Of a DNA stretch of 64,000 bases, positions 34,690-46,218 are shown in pieces (positions within the stretch are counted from its first letter, which is position 1; every line of letters begins with the position of its first letter). The notes under the pieces are model-generated. The model did not search any database. It was not told the origin of the DNA and saw only the letters and a program-made list of their open reading frames with translations. Both the position numbers and the translations under genes were made by a program. The DNA comes from an uncultured Methanosarcinaceae archaeon (lineage in GTDB: Archaea; Halobacteriota; Methanosarcinia; Methanosarcinales; Methanosarcinaceae), in contig CAVSHT010000013.1 of the NCBI GenBank assembly GCA_963727895.1, forward strand, positions 1-64,000, read 5' to 3'.

Positions 34690-36319
34690 AACGAGCCCTC
34701 TTTTTTATCTCTTCAACGCGTTTGAGTACATCCTCTGAATCTATAAAAGTTCTCTGGTATCCTTTTTTGAAAGCTTCGACAAGAGCCTGATGGTTGCGAT
34801 GTGTACTCTCAAAAGTCTGGAAAAGCACATGGACATCTACTCCTCTAGCTTCAAGCCCTTTATCAAAATATGCAAGTCCGAAATCCAGGAGATAAAGCCT
34901 TTCGTCTGCGAGCAGAATATTTGAAGTTGTCAGGTCTCCATGTATTATACCGGCACTGTGGAGTTTCCCTACAAGTTCTCCTACTTTCTCGGAAAGCTCA
35001 GGAGTGATCAGGTATTTTATGGGAACACCGTCTATGTACTGCATCTTGAGCTTGAAATCTTCAACGTCATAGATAATAGGTGTAGAAACCCCATTGCGTC
35101 GGGCTTCAGACATCAGGCGGGCTTCTGTTCGGTTTCTCTCTACCCTGATCCTTTCATCAATCTCTTTATGCCTGTAGGTTTTCGGGACTCTTTCCTTAAT
35201 CAGCACTTTCTTTCCTTCAGACCCGTCTTCCAGGTAGACAACAGCTTCGGCTCCGTTATTCAGTGTTTCCCCAATCTTGAGTGAAGTTCCAGGGGCAATT
35301 TCAGGTACTTTTTTCATCTCTTCTTCCTTGATCCAGGTCACGTTTACGTCATCACTCCGATAACTCGGGTTTACGCGAGATTCTTCAATGGAAAGAGTGT
35401 TTCCTGACTTATACATCAGAAGCCCTGTGTATGCAATCATTGTCCCGTTATCACCCATGAAGCGTTTTTCGGGCACATAGAACTTCGCTCCCCTGGCTTC
35501 GCACATGTCATTTAACATTTCTCGGAGCCTTGTATTTGCCCCCACTCCTCCTGCCAGCAAGACTTCTTTTTTTCCGGTGTGAGCAAGAGCTCGTTCTGCA
35601 ACTTCAACAACCATTGCAAAAGCTGTTTCTTGATAAGAATAGCAGACATCTTCAAGAGAAGCTTTTTTCAGGGCTTCACTGGCTGCTGTGGAAAGACCGG
35701 AAAAGGAAAGGTCCATGCCTTTTATCACATAAGGGAGATGGATATATTTCTTTGCGTTTTTTGCATAGGCTTCAATCTTTGGTCCCCCAGGATGAGGCAA
35801 TCCAGCACCCCGCGCAAACTTATCAAGGGCATTTCCAAGCCCTATATCCAGTGTTTCTCCAAAGACTCTATAACGTCTTCCCATATAGGAAATTACCTGA
35901 GAATTAGCCCCACTTACGTAAAGAACAACAGGATCCTTTGCTGGCGTTCTCCATATTCCAATTTCGATATGAGCAATACAATGGTTAACTCCTATTAGCG
36001 GAACGCCAAGAGATATTGAAAGCATTCTTGCTGCCGTTGCAATTGTTCTCAAGCATGGCCCAAGTCCTGGCCCCTGGGAAAAAGCTATTCCATTAATATC
36101 TGAAGGCTCAACTTCTTTTTCTTTTGCTTCTGTAAGAAGCCTTTTTATAACGCTGGCTGCGTATTTTGCATGGTGTTGAGCTGCTTCCCTGGGATGGATT
36201 CCTCCTTTCTCGGGTTTGTAAGTTTCTGTGACCTCGACAATAATCTCGGTTTCAGTCACAATTGCGGCACTCAGATTCCAGGCAGTGCCCTCAATTCCAA
36301 GGATGAACGTGTTTTTCAA
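34682..36319 (-). CDS. kae1: Bifunctional Kae1-Bud32 (KEOPS t6A synthase / kinase)
   Basis: GIEGTA, GGIHPREA, NHCIAHIE, DNG; kinase HGDLTTSN and LDFGL. Confidence 0.97.
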   Translation of the reverse strand: MKNTFILGIEGTAWNLSAAIVTETEIIVEVTETYKPEKGGIHPREAAQHHAKYAASVIKRLLTEAKEKEVEPSDINGIAFSQGPGLGPCLRTIATAARMLSISLGVPLIGVNHCIAHIEIGIWRTPAKDPVVLYVSGANSQVISYMGRRYRVFGETLDIGLGNALDKFARGAGLPHPGGPKIEAYAKNAKKYIHLPYVIKGMDLSFSGLSTAASEALKKASLEDVCYSYQETAFAMVVEVAERALAHTGKKEVLLAGGVGANTRLREMLNDMCEARGAKFYVPEKRFMGDNGTMIAYTGLLMYKSGNTLSIEESRVNPSYRSDDVNVTWIKEEEMKKVPEIAPGTSLKIGETLNNGAEAVVYLEDGSEGKKVLIKERVPKTYRHKEIDERIRVERNRTEARLMSEARRNGVSTPIIYDVEDFKLKMQYIDGVPIKYLITPELSEKVGELVGKLHSAGIIHGDLTTSNILLADERLYLLDFGLAYFDKGLEARGVDVHVLFQTFESTHRNHQALVEAFKKGYQRTFIDSEDVLKRVEEIKKRARYA

Positions 36320-36395
36320 AGCTTACGGTCTCCTTCCAGTACTTTTTGCTGTCACTGCCTTCGATAATACCTGAGAGAACTTATATACGTTTGCA

Positions 36396-36546
36396 TCACC
36401 CGAGTTCCGTCTCGTGAGTACGCGGTCCGTTTCGCTCGCCCGAGTTTCGCTTCGGGAGCACGAAGCCCTTTTCGCTGCGCTCAAGAGGGGTAAATATAAC
36501 TAAGAGATTCATTTCGTTCACTTTGTTCGCTCAAGCAGACTAATTT
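36396..36546. repeat. REP-like palindromic array (left copy)
   Basis: TCACCCGAGTTCCGTCTCG..GCCCTTTTCGCTGCGCTCAAGAGGG..TCGCTCAAGCAGACTAATTT. Confidence 0.75.
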
Positions 36547-36585
36547 ACAGGACATTAATTCCGTGTATTTCTTTGTTTTCAGAAA

Positions 36586-39551
36586 TTAAAAATTTCTTAG
36601 CTTTTGCATGTTTTCTTCCATGGGTTCGGGAGAGAACAGGCTTCTCTCAAGATTTTCCCCAAATTCTTCAAGTATGGATTCAGGAATATCGAGATCAGGG
36701 TATGGAGGCGTCAGAGGTTCAAGTTCTTCTTCGTGTAACCCGTCTTGCCTGAATCCGGGAAGGATCAGGATAAAAAATAAAAACAAGATAAAAATTGTGT
36801 ATTCTGTGCCGTAAATCTGCCATGAAATATTCCCTGTAAGAGAAAAAAGGTAATTTATATAAGATGCGGGGATGGAGATAACTGGAAGGGATAAAGCTGC
36901 CGGATGGGAAAGCAGAAGACTAAATATAAATAAGGAAATGAGTCCAAAACTCATTTTTTTGAGCAGGCTGTGTGTCTTTGTATCAAGCCACCATTCCCAC
37001 CAGGAAGGTCTAAGAGGACCTGTATGAATGGTTTTCAAGAGCACAATTGCAGGTTTTTTAACTTCGGCTGAGACTTCCAGTTTCAGGCATTCATCAAGTC
37101 TATCCACAGCCTTTTGGAAGTAACGAGCTCGACAGTAAAAAAGTCCCAGATAATAAAGTGCATAAGCTTTTAGTTCATTATCTTCAGATTTTTTCCACAT
37201 AGCTGATTTTTCAAGCTTTTCTGCAGCGGCAAGGAGCATGTATCTGAAACGTGAATTCTTTTCTTCAAGAGAAACTTCTGCATACATATACCTTGAATAT
37301 GCATCGCATAGCAGCAGTTCTAGATTTCCTGTATCCAGGGAAAGAGCTCTCCTGAAGGATTCAAGGGCTTCTTCATATGCTTGCTCTTCAAGTTCTACTC
37401 GACCTTTCAGGTTTCTTGAAAATGCATTTTCAGGGGCTTCTGAAATAGAAGTTTCAAGCTCTTTTAATGCTCCTTTGCTGTTTCCAAGCCTAAAATACAC
37501 CTCTGCAAGTCCGTTTCTTGCGTGGAAATTTTTAGGATTTGTATCGATTGCTTTTTTGTAGGCATCAAGAGCTCTTTCGAAATCTTTTAGCTTGAAATAT
37601 ACAAAACCCAGCAGACAGGCCGGCAAATCCGAGTTTATATCGTCTACTGCTAACTTTTCGAGGATTACAATGGCTTTCTCAAACTCTCCAAGCTTTATGA
37701 GAGCAAAAGCTTTCATGAGTGAAACCTGAGTATCTTGATGGTCAAGGATAAGAATCTGATCAAGAGCTTTCAGGGCTTCTTCCCATTCTCCGTAATGTGC
37801 AAAAACAAGGCATTTTCCAGACCATGCAATTTTTTCATATTCAGAAATGTTAATGGCGCTTTCGAAAGCTTCTAAAGCATTATGATATCTACCAAGAGAA
37901 TCCAGAGCAAAGCCCTTAGCAACTCTGATAATTCCTGGCATGGGATCTTTTTTAACAGAATTCAAAATTCCAGATTCTCTGTTTTTTTCACTTTTTATGA
38001 GATTTTCTGTATTTGAAATTGAATTTATAGCCTCTTCTGCATCCTCAAAAGTTTTCAAAGCTTCTTCATATCTTTTCAGGCAGATGAGAGTAATTCCTTT
38101 GAAAATCTGTGGAAAAGAATTTTTAGATTCTTTCTTAATGGCATTATCAAAAGCTTTAAGAGCTTCTTCATAATCTCCAAGCTCAGCAAAAGCAAATCCC
38201 CTATATTTCCAGTTACTCTCTTTTATTTCTCCTTCAGAAGCTCCGCTTGAAAGGTCCAGGTATTTTTTAAAAGCTGTTTGGAGTTGGATTTCAAGAGCCT
38301 CTTCAAAGTATCTTCCTTGATGTTTAAGTCGAGAAAGAGCAACTCCCTTGTTAAAGCGCGCAGGTAGGCTTTCATAGTCAAGTTCTAGAAGAGTTTCATA
38401 TGCCTCAAGAGCTTCTTTGTATTTTCCAAGTTTACAGAGCGAGTTTCCCTTTCCATTCCATGCAAAAAGGTTTTCAGAGTCAAGCTTTAGAGCTTCTTCA
38501 AAATTATGAAGAGCTCTGGAATAGTCTTCTAGCTTATAATATACCTCTCCAAGTCCGCTTAGAAGGCGGCTATTTTCAGCTCCAGAAGAAAGGGATTTTT
38601 CATAAGCCTGCAGAGCTTCATAAGGTTTATCGAGAGCCAGAAAACTGCTGCCTATTCCTTCCCATCCCTCTGGATTCAAAGGATCAACTTCAAGGCTTTT
38701 CCTGAAAGCATTAATGGATTCCTGATATCTCCCAAGTGCCAGCAAAGCTTTTCCTTTTCCAATTGTCGCCTCTATTAGAGAGCTATCCATTTCAAGTACG
38801 CTTTCGAATAAGTCAAGAGCTTCTTGAGGTCTGTCCAATTCTCCTAAGAGCCTGCCTCTTTCAATTTTATTTTTTGTGTTTTTTGGCTCAATAATAAGAC
38901 TTTTTTCAAAAGCTGAAAGAGCTTCCTCTTTCCTTCCCATGCCTTCAAGAATTCTTCCCTGGGTTTCCCAGGCAGCGGCAGATGCAGGTTCGAGCTCCAG
39001 AGCCTTTTCGCAGGTTCTAGTTTCAGGGTTTTTCCATAAGCTTCAAGTGCTTCTTCATTTCTTCCAAGCACGGATAGGGTTATTCCTCTATGGTACCAGA
39101 CTGTCCGGTTTTCTGGATTAAACTCGGAAGTTTTGGTAAAGGCTTCAAGTGCCTCTTCATCTCGGGAAAGTTGTTTTAAAGTAATTCCGCTGTAGTATAG
39201 GGCACCTATATGCTTATCGTCTCTTGCAAGTACCTCTTTAAAAGCTTCAAGTGCCTGTTCAGGTAGGTTCAGGTATCCAAGGGTAAGCCCCTTGAGATAA
39301 TAACTAGATATATTCTCTGGATCAAAATCAAGAGTCTTATCAAAAGCCTGAAGGGCTTCTTCCGGCAAGTCTAGGTAACGAAATATGTTTCCCTTATATT
39401 GCCATGCAATAATATCTTCAGGGTTTATCTCAAGTACAGAATCAAAAGCCTCAAGTGCCTTTTCAAAGTTCTTCTCTGCTCCTATCTGGTTTTTCAGGTT
39501 TAAAAGAGCAAGAGCTTTACTATACCAGGCTCTAGCATAAAGAGAATTCAT
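36586..39551 (-). pseudogene. Large TPR-repeat protein with C-terminal membrane segments, frameshifted near 39010
   Basis: Many EALxAFxxAL TPR units in two frames; PSWWEWW followed by hydrophobic helices at the C-terminus. Confidence 0.75.
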
Positions 39552-39929
39552 AAGCCATCAAAGATCTTTCAGTAAAATTTGGTCAATTTAAAATCTGTTT
39601 ACTTATATACAATGTCTATTATAAATATTGGTGCCGAAGATAGTTACTGAACTTAATTTTTACTGAACTTAATTTCTAGTAATTTACAGCTTCCTTAAAC
39701 TTATTCTCGGATATTTATAGTAAATATTATTTCTTCCATAGGCTGAATTTTGAAAATTAGCTTTGTTGATATTTCGGTACAGATAATGTGAAACATTTAA
39801 GAACTGAATATTTCAAAATCTTTTAACTCAAAGAAACAGCGAGTGATATGAACTATAAGGCACTCATTCGAAAATTAGACTTTCATCCGAGATTGGACTG
39901 ATGGAAAATACAAAAAATTTCTGTCCCTT

Positions 39930-40035
39930 AAATTGGTCTGTTTGAGCGAGCGAAATTAAATCCTTGAGTTCTATGAATTAGCCCTCTTGAGCGAAGCGAA
40001 AAGGGCTCCGTCCTCCCGAGACGGGACTCGGGTGA
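39930..40035. repeat. REP-like palindromic array (right copy, inverted)
   Basis: Reverse complement reads TCACCCGAGTCCCGTCTCGGGAGGACGGAGCCCTTTTCGCTTCGCTCAAGAGGG..TCGCTCAAACAGACCAATTT. Confidence 0.75.
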
Positions 40036-40115
40036 CGGAACCCAGGAGTGAAAGGAACCGCAGGAATATCCTGCTGTTCGGATCGAAAAAAAGTTATATC
40101 AATTATTAAAGTGAA

Positions 40116-40265
40116 TTACTTCTTGAATTCAGTATAGCCGCACTTTCCACAGGCGAGGCGGTTTTTGTGATCGGCAAGGAAAGTACCTGGTCCGCATCTG
40201 GGACAGAACTGTTTAATTCTGGTTACGGAGTCTCCCTGGACTTTATAGTAATCTTTTACTGCCAT
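40116..40265 (-). CDS. rps27ae: 30S ribosomal protein S27ae
   Basis: [49 protein letters not shown] (49 aa, below the track cutoff). Confidence 0.95.
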   Translation of the reverse strand: MAVKDYYKVQGDSVTRIKQFCPRCGPGTFLADHKNRLACGKCGYTEFKK

Positions 40266-40280
40266 GTTTATGCACCTCGT

Positions 40281-40586
40281 TTAAGCCTCTTCTTCCTCAG
40301 TTTCCATTCCTGGGGCAGCGTTTCTCTTCAGAACGTACTCCAGTTCTACTTCCTTCATACGGTCATCATTTTCATAGAGTTTGGCATAGCCCTTACCTTC
40401 TTGCATTCCGTACTCGGTTTTGATTTTCTGAACTACCAGCAGTTCAAGAGGGGCATTCAACATTGCAGCAAGTTTGTCTCTAACATCTTTTCTGGAAGGA
40501 GTCGAACCTTCATATTTCACAATGAAATCCAGTTCCCTTCTATTTAAAAGTGCATTATTCTTATCTTTAAGAATTCTTATGTCCAT
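40281..40586 (-). CDS. rps24e: 30S ribosomal protein S24e
   Basis: [18 protein letters not shown]. Confidence 0.96.
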   Translation of the reverse strand: MDIRILKDKNNALLNRRELDFIVKYEGSTPSRKDVRDKLAAMLNAPLELLVVQKIKTEYGMQEGKGYAKLYENDDRMKEVELEYVLKRNAAPGMETEEEEA

Positions 40587-41154
40587 CTAAAATTCTCCGT
40601 ATCTTATCTAATTCATAATTCTGATTTTTGCTGATGAGTTTCTCAAAGAGAGTTCTTATTTCCTCTTTTTTTTCCTCAGTAACCCTTACAAAAACTACTC
40701 CCTCGTCAGGCTGTCCATACAGGACCACAGAACCTAAAGGAGCTAGAAGAATTACAGGAAGAGTTGCCAAATCCTCTTCTCCCCTTACAAAGATCCTGAT
40801 GGTTTTTTCGGAAGCAAAAGCTTCACAAAGGGTTTTAATTAACTCATCGGTAATAATTCCTGCAGGATTGTCCACAGACAATTCGTCGTAACCTTTGTCC
40901 ATATTCCGGGATGACACATTACTGGAAACCGGTTTCCTTTTAGTGCGGTTGTCCACTATACATATATCCGGAATGATTCCAACCTCAAGCAGGTGGAAGG
41001 TAGTAACATCCCCTACGGATATAAGTTTTGTGGGGCTTCCAAGCTCTACTGCAAACTTCTCTATAGTATCTCTACCCTTTCCTCTATAAAGAGTACCCAG
41101 GGGTTTCTTCATAAGTGGACGAAGTTCTCTTGGAAGCTCAATATGAACACTCAA
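40567..41154 (-). CDS. GTP-dependent dephospho-CoA kinase (DUF359)
   Basis: SVGDVTT, DNRTKR, NPAG, GEEDLA, YGQPDEG. Confidence 0.9.
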   Translation of the reverse strand: MSVHIELPRELRPLMKKPLGTLYRGKGRDTIEKFAVELGSPTKLISVGDVTTFHLLEVGIIPDICIVDNRTKRKPVSSNVSSRNMDKGYDELSVDNPAGIITDELIKTLCEAFASEKTIRIFVRGEEDLATLPVILLAPLGSVVLYGQPDEGVVFVRVTEEKKEEIRTLFEKLISKNQNYELDKIRRILDGHKNS

Positions 41155-41340
41155 TCAGCGCACCTTCAAAGCAAATTTATCCGGAATGTCAACCCCAAGC
41201 TTTTTTGCTATTTCTGAACGTTCAGGGTCTAGGATAATTACAAGCCCACTCCATTCCTCTGCAAGATCTGAAGTCCCGCAAATCGGACAGTTAGGCCCTT
41301 CAAGAACTCTCATACAGTGTCGACATACTTTATCTACCAT
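41155..41340 (-). CDS. spt4: Transcription elongation factor Spt4 (RpoE2)
   Basis: CRHC..CPIC, WSGLVIILDPERSEIAK. Confidence 0.95.
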   Translation of the reverse strand: MVDKVCRHCMRVLEGPNCPICGTSDLAEEWSGLVIILDPERSEIAKKLGVDIPDKFALKVR

Positions 41341-41357
41341 ACAAATCCTCTTCTTTC

Positions 41358-41942
41358 TCAGACAGCTTCTTCAGGACTAGCTTCATGAGGTTGCTTTTTT
41401 TTGCGGGATTCTTCTATCCATTGAAGTTTTCCAAGAGCTGTTTGACGCATTGTAAGTCCTATCTTACTTTCTTTTGGCTCCCGTTCATTGATACTTACTG
41501 CGACAACCCTGGATCTTACATGGTCACCTTCAGCAATGGCTTTATTTCCATTCTTTGTCACAAGCCTTGCATTTTTGGCATCGTATGATATGAAATCATC
41601 AGTTATCTGGCTGACGTGAAGTAATCCATCCATAGGTCCTATTCCTACAAAAACTCCGAAGCCTACAGTCTCAATAACTTCACCTTCAATAATCTCCTGA
41701 AGCTCAGGGACAAACATTATTGCTTCGAATGTTACATCATAATAGACTGCCCCGTCTCCTACGAGGATGTGCCCTTCCCCTATTTCGATGATCTTGCAAA
41801 TAGCAACAAGGGACCCAAGTTTTTTGTCAACTTGTCCCTCAAGTTTTTCTCTTAACGCGTTTTTAACAGTAGACATCACTTCTTCCCCTAAAAGGGTGGG
41901 AGGGATACGAACTGTATCAACGAGTTTCATCATTTTATACAT
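41358..41942 (-). CDS. rpoE1: RNA polymerase subunit E' (Rpo7)
   Basis: VRIPP, GDGAVY, GPMDGLLHVSQI, IGLTMRQ. Confidence 0.97.
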   Translation of the reverse strand: MYKMMKLVDTVRIPPTLLGEEVMSTVKNALREKLEGQVDKKLGSLVAICKIIEIGEGHILVGDGAVYYDVTFEAIMFVPELQEIIEGEVIETVGFGVFVGIGPMDGLLHVSQITDDFISYDAKNARLVTKNGNKAIAEGDHVRSRVVAVSINEREPKESKIGLTMRQTALGKLQWIEESRKKKQPHEASPEEAV

Positions 41943-42001
41943 CTACTAATCACCCGTAAACACGATTAATTCAATGCTGCCCAGCAAAATAATGGGCTTT
42001 T

Positions 42002-42370
42002 TCAGACAAAGTCAAGTTTGTTTTTCTGGCGTAGGGATATTGTCTGGATCCCTTTTTCTGCAAGCCTGCGCTTCAACCCTATATCATTTGTAAGGACAGC
42101 TGCTCCAATTTCCATTGCCAGCCTGAGAATTACATCGTCTGCAGGTCCTATAACATCAGTTATACGTACACACTTATCCATCATGGACCTGGCGACCTTT
42201 GCAGCAGTTCTGTCCGAACCTCTTTCACGCTTTATGAGTTTTTCTATTTCGAATATTACAGCTTCAGGCACAAAAAATTCGTTAAATCCCAGCCTTTTTA
42301 ATTCCTCGAAAATATCTACTCCAAACTGAACCGGTATCATGAATCCATTAGTATCAATTATAACTTTCAA
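42002..42370 (-). CDS. PIN-domain protein (Fcf1-like)
   Basis: IIDTN, ADD, LTND; conserved position after eIF2-gamma. Confidence 0.9.
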   Translation of the reverse strand: MKVIIDTNGFMIPVQFGVDIFEELKRLGFNEFFVPEAVIFEIEKLIKRERGSDRTAAKVARSMMDKCVRITDVIGPADDVILRLAMEIGAAVLTNDIGLKRRLAEKGIQTISLRQKNKLDFV

Positions 42371-43593
42371 CTCTTAATTACTCCTACTCCAATGAGCCGC
42401 CAACGAGAATCAATTCTCCTACTTATAGCAACCCTTGATCCTACAGTTGCGCTAATCGGACGTTTAAGGGCTACCTGAGCTTCGTTTTTTCTGGCACTTG
42501 TGACCACTCCTACTGTGGTTGCAGTCCCTATATTAAGCATAAGAGGTTCACTGGTTTTGATTTCATTGATTTTTTCTTCCCTTGTAACTCCCACTACCCT
42601 CTCGAGAAGATGAAGTTCCATAACGAACTGATGTCTGGTTTCAGGAAGGGTACCGGGCGCACCTGCAATTTGTCCTGTTAAAGAGTCACCTTTTGTCAGT
42701 GTAGGATCAAGATAAGTTCCAACAGCCAGAAGGCCTCCAGGAGTTGCTTCTTCTACTTTTGTCGCTCCTGCAAAGATAGATGAAACTGTTGTTATAATTG
42801 GAATCCATCTTGTAGTGCCTTCGGTTGTAACCTTGATTCCAGGCCTTATTTCCAGTTCATCTCCAGGATGAAGGACTCCTTCAGTCAGGGTACCTCCTAT
42901 AACTCCTCCACGAATCTCTTCTATTGAAGCTCCTGGCTTATTAATGTCAAAAGAACGTGCAATTAACATGCTGGCAGGCTTATCTACCTTGTGGACTGGA
43001 GTTGGAATCATGGTTTCTAAAGCATCGATAAGTATATCGATGTTAATATTCTGCTGAGCTGAGATCGGAATTATAGGTGCATTTTCTGCGACCGTGCCTT
43101 TAACAAACTCTTTTATCTGGTGATAATTCTCTATAATGCGCTCTTTAGGTACAAGATCTATCTTATTTTGTACTATTACAATATTCTTTATCCCTATAAT
43201 ATCCAGGGCCATGAGATGTTCTTTTGTCTGAGGCTGTGGGCAGTCTTCGTTTGCAGCAATTACCAGCACTGCACCGTCCATAATTGCAGCGCCTGAAAGC
43301 ATAGTTGCCATCAAAGTTTCATGTCCCGGAGCATCCACAAAGGATACTGTCCTGTATTCTTCAGTTTTTTCTCCACAATTCGGGCAGGTTTTTTCTACAG
43401 TATAACATTGGGGAGCAGGGCATTTAGGGCACTTCATGAACATGGAGTCTGCATACCCCAACCTTATTGAAATCCCTCTTTTTACTTCCTCACTATGTGT
43501 ATCTGTCCACACACCTGACAAAGCTTTGACAAGTGTAGTTTTTCCATGGTCGACATGGCCTACCATGCCGATATTAACACAAGGCTGACTCAA
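42367..43593 (-). CDS. eif2g: Translation initiation factor 2 gamma subunit
   Basis: [27 protein letters not shown] start at 43593 after a GGAGG RBS. Confidence 0.97.
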   Translation of the reverse strand: MSQPCVNIGMVGHVDHGKTTLVKALSGVWTDTHSEEVKRGISIRLGYADSMFMKCPKCPAPQCYTVEKTCPNCGEKTEEYRTVSFVDAPGHETLMATMLSGAAIMDGAVLVIAANEDCPQPQTKEHLMALDIIGIKNIVIVQNKIDLVPKERIIENYHQIKEFVKGTVAENAPIIPISAQQNINIDILIDALETMIPTPVHKVDKPASMLIARSFDINKPGASIEEIRGGVIGGTLTEGVLHPGDELEIRPGIKVTTEGTTRWIPIITTVSSIFAGATKVEEATPGGLLAVGTYLDPTLTKGDSLTGQIAGAPGTLPETRHQFVMELHLLERVVGVTREEKINEIKTSEPLMLNIGTATTVGVVTSARKNEAQVALKRPISATVGSRVAISRRIDSRWRLIGVGVIKS

Positions 43594-43940
43594 GTTGTAA
43601 TTTCCTCCAGTAAAGTGAAATGATCTTATATAAGACAGGTCTTTATCAGAAAGCTGAACCACAAAAATTTTGAAATATTTTTTCCAGTGGATCCGCAGAT
43701 TTCAACTCTGAGCTTATCTGATATCTAATTTGAAATCTAATTTATAATTAAAGTGAGATTATACAAGCCGAAATTCTTTCCCGACCCATTACATATCCCA
43801 AATCTCCACACAGGAAGTCATGGCAAGATCTGTTATTACATTTTTTCATTGTTAATTTAACTTGCATATTTAATCTATACTTTAAAGTTTACGATATCCT
43901 GTATATTCATATCTACTAATGCCGGAAAGCCTTAATAAAT

Positions 43941-45104
43941 TTATGTGACGATTTCATCAAGCTTTTCCATCTCAAGAGCACGTCTGATCTCAAAGGCCAA
44001 CCTTCTTCCAGTACTCATTGGTCTTCTCCAAAGCGAATTCCCATATGAATGCCCTACTGACATATGCACATTGGTGCCGCCGCCGACTCTCGGAGCCACG
44101 TCATAGATATATAAGTTAAGATCCTTATCCACACAGGTTTGCAGGCAGAAAGGTCCTATAATTCCCGGAGCATAATACTCTTGGGTAGCTTTTACATATT
44201 TTTCTCCCATTGCAAACACTTTTTCAAGAAGGGATTCACGTAGAGTTGCGGAGTTATGTCCACAAACCGTGTATTCAGGAGTTAGCTGGCTTTCGGCCAG
44301 ATTTATTTGCTGGGAAGCAGGAAGCCTTACATGTCCATCAAGGCTGGTTTCAAAGCGCCAGTCAATTCCAAGAAGTTCCAGTTTACTCATTTTCGGTTCG
44401 ATTGGGGAGTAAAACATATCAAGGTTAAACACAGGACCTATTATATAACGTTCTATCCTTGCATTTTCAAGAGCTTCCTGTGTGATAACTCCCTGTTTTA
44501 TAAGAGCTTCGGATTTTTCCAGATATTCTTTGTAGCTTGAAGCAGTAAAGAATCCCCTTTCAAGTTTTTTTACTGCATGTGGGAGTTTAACCATAACAAG
44601 CTCATTGATATCTTTTGGAGACTCTATTTTCTCCGGGAAAGGAAGTCCTGCTTTTTCCAAAATCCAGTAATAACTTTGCTGCTCACTGCGTTCCTCACTT
44701 CTGAGAAGGTTTCTGCTTCCTACCATAGGCACTCTGAAGTTTTCTTCGATCTCACCTATACTACAGTAGGAAGTAAAGGAACGATTAGGGATAAAAAGCA
44801 CATTTTCATCAACCAGTTTCTGCTGGTTTTCAGGCAGGAGAATTTCGTTATACTTTTTGAAAACAACAGTCTCATCAACAATGCCTCTCTTTACGTTTCC
44901 ATAAGGATCTCTCTGAGCTCTGAAGTATTCACTGTATGTTTTATCTCTGCCAGCCTGGCAGACAGCAAAAGTCTTGAATTTCTCTTCAATTGCCCCATCG
45001 CAGATGTCAAGGCCTGAGTGAGAGGCTATAGTTCCAATTTTTATCTTATCAGCATGTGCATAATAGCCTTCCACAATTTCTTTAATCTCTTTCCTGTCAA
45101 TCAT
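43941..45104 (-). CDS. purP: PurP-family formate-dependent AICAR formyltransferase (ATP-grasp)
   Basis: ASHS, PNRSF, ERGFF, GPFCLQ, APRVGGGTN. Confidence 0.85.
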   Translation of the reverse strand: MIDRKEIKEIVEGYYAHADKIKIGTIASHSGLDICDGAIEEKFKTFAVCQAGRDKTYSEYFRAQRDPYGNVKRGIVDETVVFKKYNEILLPENQQKLVDENVLFIPNRSFTSYCSIGEIEENFRVPMVGSRNLLRSEERSEQQSYYWILEKAGLPFPEKIESPKDINELVMVKLPHAVKKLERGFFTASSYKEYLEKSEALIKQGVITQEALENARIERYIIGPVFNLDMFYSPIEPKMSKLELLGIDWRFETSLDGHVRLPASQQINLAESQLTPEYTVCGHNSATLRESLLEKVFAMGEKYVKATQEYYAPGIIGPFCLQTCVDKDLNLYIYDVAPRVGGGTNVHMSVGHSYGNSLWRRPMSTGRRLAFEIRRALEMEKLDEIVT

Positions 45105-45385
45105 ATCTGATATTCCTTGCTTTGAAGATAATACATTTCAATAACATGATAATAAGTATGTTTTTTCAAACCTGCTACTAGAAGAAGATCATTCAAAGTA
45201 CAGGTATGTGGTTATTTACAATATGTTATAAACTAGAATTCCTGATAGGTTTTCCCCATTAACGACTTTACCTATTAAAACCCTTTCTTATCTCATTTAT
45301 ATAATGAGAGTCATGCCAGAAAAAATGTCTGAATTTTTTCCGGTGTTTTTAGATTTTTGAGTTTTCCTTCAGGTTTAAATATTTT

Positions 45386-46120
45386 TTAAATTAAACTCAA
45401 AAGAAAAGGTGTAATATATGTCTCAATAATGGCTGCAATCAGGAGAATAGGAAGGATCCAGTGAAAATAAAACGTTAGTCCCTCTTTAAATTCTTGTTTG
45501 ATATGGGTAGATTTACCTATAAGCGCAGAAAATACCTGGTGTCCTAGTCGAAGTCCTATACTTGAAGCCAAGAAGACCATAGGTAGTTCCAGTATTCCAT
45601 GAGGAAGAAGGCCAAGAATAATGAAGAGCAGACCTTTTTGTTGGGCTACAAGATAAGCTATTACTCCAACAACGTATCCATTAAAGGCTATAAATAGTAC
45701 TGGAAGAATCCCTAGAGCTAGTCCTAGAACCAGAAAGAGAAGACTTACAAAGGAATTATTAAGAAATATAGCAAGCATCATGTAAAAATGGTTCATTGCT
45801 AGAATTGACTCAAAACGGGAACTGAGACTTTCCCTGAGGGTTTCAGCCATCGAAGGGAGATGTGCAGCTGAAATATAACCTGTAACTAATGATCCAAAAA
45901 ATACAAAGGTTATGAAAAGCAAATACGGCGATAAAACGCGTACATATTCTTTAAACTCTTTTTTTGGATTTTTTTCATATTCCCAGGCTTCAGAATCGCT
46001 TTTATTAAGGGAGAATTCCTCCATTACAGCATATCCATTATTTTCTGTCTCCCCTGTAGAAGTTTTTTCTTGTGATACTGTTTTTCTTTCTTCTAAATCA
46101 TAGTCTTTCTCTGTTTCCAT
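45386..46120 (-). CDS. SpoIIM / DUF95 family membrane protein
   Basis: IFLNN, NG, LLPHGILEL, AAIIETYITP. Confidence 0.88.
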   Translation of the reverse strand: METEKDYDLEERKTVSQEKTSTGETENNGYAVMEEFSLNKSDSEAWEYEKNPKKEFKEYVRVLSPYLLFITFVFFGSLVTGYISAAHLPSMAETLRESLSSRFESILAMNHFYMMLAIFLNNSFVSLLFLVLGLALGILPVLFIAFNGYVVGVIAYLVAQQKGLLFIILGLLPHGILELPMVFLASSIGLRLGHQVFSALIGKSTHIKQEFKEGLTFYFHWILPILLIAAIIETYITPFLLSLI

Positions 46121-46218
46121 ACCTTATCCCCACAAATAGTTCTCTTTTTATTAAAGTTCGATCAAAATGTGCAAGCTTGCAAATTAGACAAATATACAAG
46201 CTATTAAATACCTTTATC

